Source: Patescibacteria group bacterium (GTDB taxonomy: Bacteria > Patescibacteriota > Patescibacteriia > UBA2591 > CALHIP01). Taken from it: 64,000 nt of DNA. The notes beneath the pieces were generated by a model. It worked only from the letters and a program-made list of their open reading frames with translations, did no database searches and was not told the origin of the DNA. Shown one piece after another: positions 58,001 through 64,000 of the stretch (the stretch's first letter is position 1; each line of letters opens with the position of its first letter). The stretch is from assembly GCA_026417895.1 (NCBI GenBank), contig JAOACJ010000014.1, forward strand, positions 63 to 64,062. The letters run 5' to 3'. Both the position numbers and the translations under genes were made by a program.

Positions 58001-58275
58001 ATTGGCTAAGGGTTATTGGCATTGTTGGACAGTATGGCGAAGAATATCGACTTTATCCACGCTATCAAAGTGATTTAGAAATAATTCAAAAACCAGAGGA
58101 AGATGTGGTGCTGACAACCGCTTCATTATCTGAAACGAAACCTCTTTTTGAAAGAATTAATCCTTTTTCAAAAAGCAGCCAATCAGAAAAAATCAAATAT
58201 CTTTCTTTAAGTGCTTTAACTTTGTTGATTATTTTAATTAGTCTTTTACTTCGAAGTCGAAGAAAAAAATATTGA
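55021..58275 (+). CDS. cell-surface protein with four lamin-tail-domain repeats, a PKD domain, a C-terminal OB-fold-like domain and a TM anchor
   Basis: Repeats 'VISEFATRGS..DEFVELYNPT', 'INEFVSDPVDGEEEWIELYNNT', 'IFNELLPNPKGDDSENEFIELKNL', 'FISEFLPNPKGRDEAEWIEIFNNG'. PKD 'DASDSYDPDGDGLTYLWDFGD'. C-terminal hydrophobic anchor plus 'RSRRKKY'. Confidence 0.6.
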   Translation: MIKEAMKKILSWFLSGVLIFSGFFVVLEKPVRAEWANYVVISEFATRGSTSAYDEFVELYNPTENIVDISGWKLQYWGGSTWTTKLTIPSGTKILPHRYYLMSSSSQYFTTTVSDLTHNSYLALADGTAGDPRGIRIITADNMVIDTIIYEADGGTDNSLAEGGKTAPAPNYRANTYNRSVERKPGGESGNGQDTNINGHDFFVRDQRDPTNSQALPRPPIEQPPSSQPQCGNGTCETGESSENCPQDCQLNQPVCGNNLKEEKEECDKTDLAGQTCMTLGFVSGTLSCNNNCTFNTSQCTSGGSYPPPIVEQVKPGDIAINEFVSDPVDGEEEWIELYNNTDKEIDLTNWQIEEGSGVRTTLSGTISSKSFFVVEKIKGYLNNSGDIIILRGANGRIIDQVVYGSWDDGNREDNAPATKDPNSVARVVDGQDTDRDYLDFKISTLPTKNAPNKFEEEKEYPFGVIFNELLPNPKGDDSENEFIELKNLNDFEVNLENWRLEDASGTKFVISSQKLSSTKIPGRGFFILWRRDSKIALNNSGSERVKLYQPNDNLVDEISYSGTVAEDIAYAKEETKNWFLTTQPTPGQENIIKKVNQKPKAVISAPNKALVNEEIIFDASDSYDPDGDGLTYLWDFGDQTRSNEVVAKHFYKKTGKFNVKLEVKDSLGESEVVKLSLEILPNEKKFSYSPLEAEIFISEFLPNPKGRDEAEWIEIFNNGDREVDLSGWFLDDMDGGSKPYQIKEGIKILPGEHLLFERKETKIALNNNFDSVRILDPEGNLFFEVTYEKPKEGFSYALDENSEWRWTSLLTPGQKNLFSSEEEIKTKKSSAKIAGEGEKFLETPLSEVRNQEIGDLVKTQGIVSVEPGILGKQIFYLAGSGIQIYSYQKDFPSLKLGDQIEVRGELAEYKNETRIKIASKDDIKILESKTPPEPKKVKTGEVDESLEGNLVLIEGQLIESRTNYFYLDDGSGEVKVYLKATAGLKKPKMKEGNWLRVIGIVGQYGEEYRLYPRYQSDLEIIQKPEEDVVLTTASLSETKPLFERINPFSKSSQSEKIKYLSLSALTLLIILISLLLRSRRKKY

Positions 58276-58387
58276 AATAGTCTTCTTATGATCCAATATC
58301 CTTATTGTGGCATTGTGGCGAATAAAATTTAAGAAAGTGATGAGAAAAAGTCTTAAAACAAAAAAATAATTTAAATCTATAGCTTGA

Positions 58388-59123
58388 ATTTTTTGGACAC
58401 CTTTTATTATCATTGTCGTCTGGTTTTTGGCTGGTTTGCGAGTCGTTCAACAATACGAAAGGGGTGTTGTTTTAACTCTTGGCCGTTATTCTTCAACTCG
58501 TTTGCCGGGGCTAAATTGGATTCTGGTTGGTATTCAAAAAATGATCAAGGTTGATGTCCGAGTCAGAACTATTGATATTCCTAGACAGGAAGTCATTACT
58601 TCTGATAATGTCACTGTTGGTATTAACGCCGTAGTTTTTGTTAGAGTAGAACGAGCCGAAGATGCGGTTTTAAAAGTTCAGGACCATGTCTATGTCATTT
58701 CTCAATATGCCTTAGGTGCCTTGCGTGATGTCATTGGTGGCGTAGAACTTGATGTTTTATTAACCCAAAGAGAGAGAATTGCCGAAGAGATTAAAAAAAA
58801 TTGTTGACCAAGCCACTGAGCCTTGGGGAATTGATGTACCGGAAATTAAAATTCAAGACATTGAACTACCGGCCGAAATAAAAAGAGCCTTGGCAAAGCA
58901 AGCCGAGGCGGAAAGAGAAAGACGGGCGGTAATTATTAAAGCCGAAGGTGAATTAAAAGCTTCAGAAAATTTATCGGCAGCAGCGGCAAAATTAGCTAGT
59001 ATGCCTGGCGGCTTAACTTTAAGAACTTTAAAAACGATTGAACAGATTAATCCCGATCCTTCAAAAACTGTTATTTTCGCTTTACCGATAGAAATTATTG
59101 AAGCCTTGAAAAAAAATTGGTAG
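58388..59123 (+). pseudogene. SPFH/band-7 (stomatin-like) gene with a frameshift in an A8 run and no standard start before the TM helix
   Basis: 'VVQQYERGVVLTLGR...' in frame 1 and 'IVDQATEPWGIDV...' in frame 2 join if one A is removed at 58793-58800. Confidence 0.55.
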
Positions 59124-59834
59124 TCAGAAGTAATTTTATCTCATTTCTTTCAAAAACTCTGTGGCTAATTTCGCAGTTTCGGTTATGCTTTGATAATATG
59201 CTTTGATAAAACGATTTCCAAACAATAACGATATCGACGTCGTTAAAAATTGCCCGTTGTACTTCTTGAATTGTGTTACCGCCAGCTAAAGCCAGCAAAA
59301 TATCATATTGACCTTTAATTCTAGCAATCTCATGATAAGGAATTGACTTGTTTTATGCTTCTTTGTCTACACCACAATGAATAATCACGGCGGTGGGTAA
59401 TTTCTTAAGTTTTCGCAAAACAGAAAAAGAGAATTCAAAATTTATCATGTCAATCATTGAATCGATTTTGAATTCCTGACAAGCCTCAACAAAAGTATTA
59501 AGGGTTGATATGGGAGCTACGCCAAACGCCACGACGGCTGAGGCACCAGCCTGAGTCGCCAATTTGACTTCTGTTTTGTTCGGCCGCGATCCATCGTTTT
59601 CAAATCAGCCACAACATAAGGAAAACCTTGAAAACCAACAAGGCGAGCCGCCCACCAATTTCTCAGTCGACTAATGGCATTCAGCCCGTAAGTTTTAATC
59701 AAGGGTGTGCCGGCTTCGATAATAATACGATCAGAAACTGGTAACTGGCTAATAATTTTTCCTGCTTCTTCTAAAGTTGAATTGAGGGCGATTTGGAGAT
59801 ACTGTTTTTTGCGATTAAGCTTGAAACTTTCCAT
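59095..59834 (-). pseudogene. 3-hexulose-6-phosphate synthase / KGPDC-family gene split into three frames
   Basis: 'LQIALNSTLEEAGKI...IIEAGTPLIKTYGL...ADLKTMD' and 'LATQAGASAVVAFGV...HCGVDKEA' and 'LALAGGNTIQEVQRA' are collinear with HPS but lie in three different frames. Confidence 0.55.
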
Positions 59835-59858
59835 ATTTTTTTATCTATCATAACAAAT

Positions 59859-60749
59859 ATGCCAGAAATTTCCATTGTCATTTTGACAAAAAATGCCGGA
59901 CGACGATTCAAAAAAGTTCTGAAGGCGATTTTTGAACAGGTAATAGAAAAAAAATTTGAAGTCATTATTATTGATTCTGGTTCAAAGGATAAAACTTTAA
60001 AAATTGCTCATCAGTTTTCGGTAGCAAAAATTTTAGAAATCAAGCCAGAGACTTTTGAACACGGCAAAACCAGAAACCTATCCCTTGCTCTTTGTCAGGG
60101 AAAATATATTGTCTTTCTCAGTCAAGACGCCTTGCCCGTTAATCATCTTTGGCTAAAGAATTTAATCAACCCTTTATCTGATGATAAAGTAGCAGCCACC
60201 TTTTCTCGTCAAATTCCTTATGTCCAAACCAATCTTTTTCAGAAATACTATCAGTCTTTTCTTTATCCAAAAGAAAAAGAACCACTTTTAGGTTCTCTCT
60301 TTTTTTCTAATGTTTCAGCCGCCATCAAAAAAGAAGTTTTGGAAAAAATAAAATTTCCCGAAAATTTACCAATGAGTGAGGATCAAGCTTGGGCAAAAGC
60401 GGTCGTAGAGAATGGTTATCAAATAGTTTACTGTCCAGAGGCACCAGTCTTTCATTCACATAATTATAGTTTTTGGAAAAATTTTAAAAGAAATTTTGAT
60501 TCCGGATTAAGTTTAAAGAAATTAGGTTTAATTCAAGAAAAAAAATTTTTTGTTAAATTGCCAAAGTATCTTTTGGGTGAAATTTGGTTCCTTTTCAAAA
60601 AAAGATTAATTTTTGCTTTTCTTTATTTGCCCTCTATGTTTATCTACGAATTTTTTCGTTTTTTCGGTTTCTGGCTCGGTAGTCACTACCAAATTTTACC
60701 CCTCTCTTGGCGAAAGAAATTTTCTTTACATAATAAAAACTTAGATTAA
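59859..60749 (+). CDS. family 2 glycosyltransferase
   Basis: 'ISIVILTKNAGRRF...IIIDSGSKDKT'. 'SQDA' DxD-like motif. Confidence 0.75.
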   Translation: MPEISIVILTKNAGRRFKKVLKAIFEQVIEKKFEVIIIDSGSKDKTLKIAHQFSVAKILEIKPETFEHGKTRNLSLALCQGKYIVFLSQDALPVNHLWLKNLINPLSDDKVAATFSRQIPYVQTNLFQKYYQSFLYPKEKEPLLGSLFFSNVSAAIKKEVLEKIKFPENLPMSEDQAWAKAVVENGYQIVYCPEAPVFHSHNYSFWKNFKRNFDSGLSLKKLGLIQEKKFFVKLPKYLLGEIWFLFKKRLIFAFLYLPSMFIYEFFRFFGFWLGSHYQILPLSWRKKFSLHNKNLD

Positions 60750-60765
60750 AATTACAATGTAATCT

Positions 60766-61929
60766 ATGAGAATTGCCCATATCGTCTCAACCTTTCCACC
60801 TTATCAGGGAGGGATGGGAAATGTCTGCTATTATCAAGCCAAAGAGTTAGCTGAACTTGGTCATCAGGTTACAGTTTTTACTCCCTGGCGAGGAGAAAGG
60901 TTTAAAATAACAAATGAAAAATTTAAGATTCAGTATCTCTGGCCATTATTGAAATATGGTAATGCTGCCTTCGTGCCAGAAATTTTTATCCATCTAGAAA
61001 ATTTTGACCTTATTCATCTTCATTATCCTTTTATTGGTGGAGCAGAAATCATTTTTTTTAAAAAAATCTTTTCTCTTATTCCTATTATTCTTCAATATCA
61101 AATGGACCTTTCTTTACCCGGTCCATGGTCTCTAGTCTCCCGTCTTTATAACCGAAGTTTTAATTGGTGGATTATTGAAAAGGTGGAAAAAATTATTGTC
61201 TCTTCTTATGATTATGCACAGAGCTCGAAGTATCTTTCCTATCTATTAGAAAAAGAAAAGGAAAAGATAATTGAAATTCCTCACGGTGTTGATACAGATT
61301 GGTTTAAGCCAAGAGAAAAAGATAAAAAATTTTTGAAGAAACATCATCTTTCTCTCAAAGATAAAATTATTTTATTTGTCGGCGGCTTAGACCGAGCTCA
61401 TTACTTTAAGGGTTTAGAGGTGCTACTCAAAGCAGTGGTAGATTTAAGATCTATGTCTTTAGATTTAAGATTACTAATTGTTGGTGAAGGAAATTTGCGA
61501 CTAAAATATGAAAAAGAAGTCGAAAAATTAAAAATAAAAGATAAGGTTATTTTTGCTGGCCAGGTCTCAAGAGAAGATTTACCGACTTACTATAATTTAG
61601 CTGACCTTTTCGTTTTGCCATCGATTAATCGTAACGAATCTTTTGGTTTGGTTTTATTAGAAGCTATGGCTTGTGCTAAACCTTGTTTAGCCTCGGACTT
61701 ACCAGGCGTGAGAACGGTGGTGAGTAATTATAAAACCGGTCTTCTCTTTAAGACTGGCCATTCTGATGATCTGGCAGAAAAAATGAAAATTTTACTGCTT
61801 AACGATGATTTGGCTAAAAAAATGGGAGAGAGGGGTAGAGAAAGGGTCGAAATAGAATATGATTGGAAGGTTATCGTTAAAAAATTAGAAACATTATATG
61901 GAAATGTGGCCAAGTATTGGCGAAAATAA
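60766..61929 (+). CDS. family 4 glycosyltransferase (GT-B)
   Basis: 'MRIAHIVSTFPPYQGGMG', 'ESFGLVLLEAMACAKPCLASDLPG'. Confidence 0.8.
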   Translation: MRIAHIVSTFPPYQGGMGNVCYYQAKELAELGHQVTVFTPWRGERFKITNEKFKIQYLWPLLKYGNAAFVPEIFIHLENFDLIHLHYPFIGGAEIIFFKKIFSLIPIILQYQMDLSLPGPWSLVSRLYNRSFNWWIIEKVEKIIVSSYDYAQSSKYLSYLLEKEKEKIIEIPHGVDTDWFKPREKDKKFLKKHHLSLKDKIILFVGGLDRAHYFKGLEVLLKAVVDLRSMSLDLRLLIVGEGNLRLKYEKEVEKLKIKDKVIFAGQVSREDLPTYYNLADLFVLPSINRNESFGLVLLEAMACAKPCLASDLPGVRTVVSNYKTGLLFKTGHSDDLAEKMKILLLNDDLAKKMGERGRERVEIEYDWKVIVKKLETLYGNVAKYWRK

Positions 61930-64000
61930 AAAATTTCTTTTGACCGGTCTATCAATTTTGTTTTTAATCATTCTTTTCTTTAATATCTCGTTTTGGCAAA
62001 GTATTTTGATCGGTCTTCTATTTTCTATTTCCTACTTTCTTGTTTCTGGTCTTTGGTTGGGTAAAATTTTAGGTAAAATTTTAAACTTAGATACAGAATG
62101 GCGATTTCTATTTGGCTTATTTCTTCTTCTTTATTTAATAGCTTTTAGTCTGGCTCTACCAGCTGTTTTTTACAAAATCACGCCAGTCTATTTCTATGTT
62201 TTTCTATTGTTACTGACATTAACTATTAGTTTCGTTAATCATTTTTTGAACAGAAAAACAAAAATTCAAAATGACAAACTCCAAATTCCAAAAAATGGCC
62301 AAGATTCTCAATGTTTTTTTAAAAATTTAAAATTAAAAATTAAAAATTTCATTCCCTATCTTCTCTATTCCATTTTCTATATTCCAGCCTTCTTGCTACT
62401 GATCAAAGCTAGGACTGGTCAATACTTAGATTCGCCTTGGCAAGTTATTTCACCTCTTTATCTTATTTTTTTCTCTTTTATTTTTTTTCTTACCGTTTTG
62501 TTCATTTTTTCTCAAAAAAAACCTTTTACAATTTTAATTTTTATTATCTTGGCCTCTTTTTTACTTCATGCTTATTTACCAATTGTTCATGAAAATAATT
62601 TTGGCGTTGACCGCTGGCGTCAGTTAGGGGCAGAAAGAAGACTAATGGCTGGTCAAATCGAAGCACCGGCTCTTTTTGGCGGAGTGATAAAATATAAAAA
62701 AATTGGCCCCCTTCAAATTCCCGAAGTTTTTTTTGCTGCTAATAAATTTTCTTACGCCAGTAATTGGGGTCTAACAATTGGTTTAAGTTGGCTCACTGGC
62801 ATTGACATTTTTTATCTTGATTTATTTTTAATTTTGATTCTTTGGTCGGTTTTTTTACCAATTTTTACTTTTCAGTTAGTTAATTTAATTTTTAAAAATG
62901 AAAAAATTGCTCTTCTTTCTAGTCTTGCCGTTCTTCTTCCTTTTCCATTCCAAACAGATGGAGCGATTACTTTACCAAAAACTGTCAGTTTTCTTTTCTT
63001 TGTTTTTGCCTTGATCGTTATTTTCCAATATCTAAAAGGTCAAAAAAAACTTTTGCCCCTAATTATTTTTTTCTTTCTTATTCTTTCTTTCCATTACATT
63101 CTTTTCTTGATTTTATCTCTAGAAATTTTTATTTTTGGTCTAGTCCTGAAAACTCAGCCAAAAAAAATATGTTTAAAAAAAATTTTTTTATTTTTATTTT
63201 TTATTATTTTTTCCTTAAGTCTAATTTTTTTAGATCGAATTTCTGAAACAAGCTTTTTTCAGTATAAACTTTCCGAAATACCTCAAGTTTTTCCTTCAAA
63301 AGTTAAAGATTTTTTAAAAAAAATTCTTCTTGGCCAATATTTCTATTATTTTGAACAAGGTCAACCCCTTTTTCCTTTAAAACCTAATTTCTTTTTTGTC
63401 CTTTTTGTTTGGTCTTTGGTCATTGTTGGTTTAATAAAAAGCTGGAAAAAAGATAGGTGGATAAAAATTTTAGCCATCTTTCTATTAATTTTAATAATCA
63501 ACCAGTTTTTGAGTCTCTCTTTAATGAAAAATTATCGACTTTTAGCCAGACGGTCGTCGATGATAACTATTTTTCTTCTCGTTATCTTTTTTTCTGTTGG
63601 TCTCATTGAATTGATAGAAATTAAATTGATAGAAAAAGTAAATTTTAAGCCAAAGTTAATTACCATTCTACTCAGCGTCTTTTTGACTATTTTTGCCAGT
63701 ACCACTTATGCCTCTGGACCATATAATTTAGGCACAGTAACGCGTAGCGAACTTGGGGTGGCAAGATTCCTTTGGCAAGAAATAAAAAAAGAACCAAAAA
63801 AAAGGTTTTGTATTTTTGATTCAAGTTGGCGACTTTTGGCTTTAGAGGCAGAGTCAGGTATCATTGCTGGCAATTTTCCTTTTCATCCCATTGACTTTGT
63901 TCAAAAAGAAAAAGATGAATTATATCGACAAATGCTTAAAAATCCTTCCAGAGAAATTTTAAATCAAACTTTAGAAATCACTGGTGCAGAAAAATGTTTT
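61898..64000 (+). CDS. large polytopic membrane protein, 3'-truncated by the window edge (possible glycan polymerase or membrane glycosyltransferase)
   Basis: An open frame of about 700 codons with many predicted TM helices. The call rests on its position after GT2 and GT4. Confidence 0.35.
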   Translation, partial: MEMWPSIGENKKFLLTGLSILFLIILFFNISFWQSILIGLLFSISYFLVSGLWLGKILGKILNLDTEWRFLFGLFLLLYLIAFSLALPAVFYKITPVYFYVFLLLLTLTISFVNHFLNRKTKIQNDKLQIPKNGQDSQCFFKNLKLKIKNFIPYLLYSIFYIPAFLLLIKARTGQYLDSPWQVISPLYLIFFSFIFFLTVLFIFSQKKPFTILIFIILASFLLHAYLPIVHENNFGVDRWRQLGAERRLMAGQIEAPALFGGVIKYKKIGPLQIPEVFFAANKFSYASNWGLTIGLSWLTGIDIFYLDLFLILILWSVFLPIFTFQLVNLIFKNEKIALLSSLAVLLPFPFQTDGAITLPKTVSFLFFVFALIVIFQYLKGQKKLLPLIIFFFLILSFHYILFLILSLEIFIFGLVLKTQPKKICLKKIFLFLFFIIFSLSLIFLDRISETSFFQYKLSEIPQVFPSKVKDFLKKILLGQYFYYFEQGQPLFPLKPNFFFVLFVWSLVIVGLIKSWKKDRWIKILAIFLLILIINQFLSLSLMKNYRLLARRSSMITIFLLVIFFSVGLIELIEIKLIEKVNFKPKLITILLSVFLTIFASTTYASGPYNLGTVTRSELGVARFLWQEIKKEPKKRFCIFDSSWRLLALEAESGIIAGNFPFHPIDFVQKEKDELYRQMLKNPSREILNQTLEITGAEKCF

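Overview
This 64-kb window is low-GC and densely coded. It looks like a reduced-genome bacterium, plausibly Candidate Phyla Radiation (Patescibacteria); that assignment is inference from gene content and small protein sizes. Most of the window is core housekeeping. It carries uppP, nadD-nadE, ligA, gatCA, mreBCD with PBP2, rplJL and the dcw cluster mraZ-rsmH-ftsL-ftsI-murF. It also has def, tRNA-Glu and tRNA-Gly, a Fur/rubrerythrin/superoxide-reductase oxidative-stress island, and three glycosyltransferases.

The accessory content worth a second look:
- A large type IV pilus locus spans about 36.3-51.5 kb. One arm holds the major pilin, pilM, pilC, pilB and a PilS/PilH-like two-component pair. 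The other arm holds three prepilin-like genes, two paralogous small helical proteins, a 1772-aa secreted protein with two DUF2341/LamG-like modules, and a four-helix-bundle protein.
- A 101-aa stand-alone protein matches only the C-terminal zinc-ribbon and glycyl-radical segment of class III ribonucleotide reductase (NrdD). It sits inside the oxidative-stress island.
- An ATP-cone domain is fused to an Mrr-like restriction-endonuclease core, and the gene overlaps the deoxyhypusine-synthase gene start.
- A conserved structured non-coding element of about 90-120 nt occurs twice, in the same orientation: upstream of mraZ and between pilB and pilC.
- A cluster of DnaA-box (TTATCCACA) sites lies upstream of mraZ. 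Isolated perfect boxes sit at several gene boundaries.
- A 1084-aa surface protein carries a four-fold lamin-tail-domain repeat, a PKD domain and a C-terminal OB-fold-like domain.

Four genes are disrupted by frameshifts or an in-frame stop: agmatinase, plsY, an SPFH protein and a hexulose-phosphate-synthase-like gene. Most lesions sit at homopolymer runs, so sequencing error cannot be told from true gene decay here. No CRISPR array, transposase or integrase was seen.
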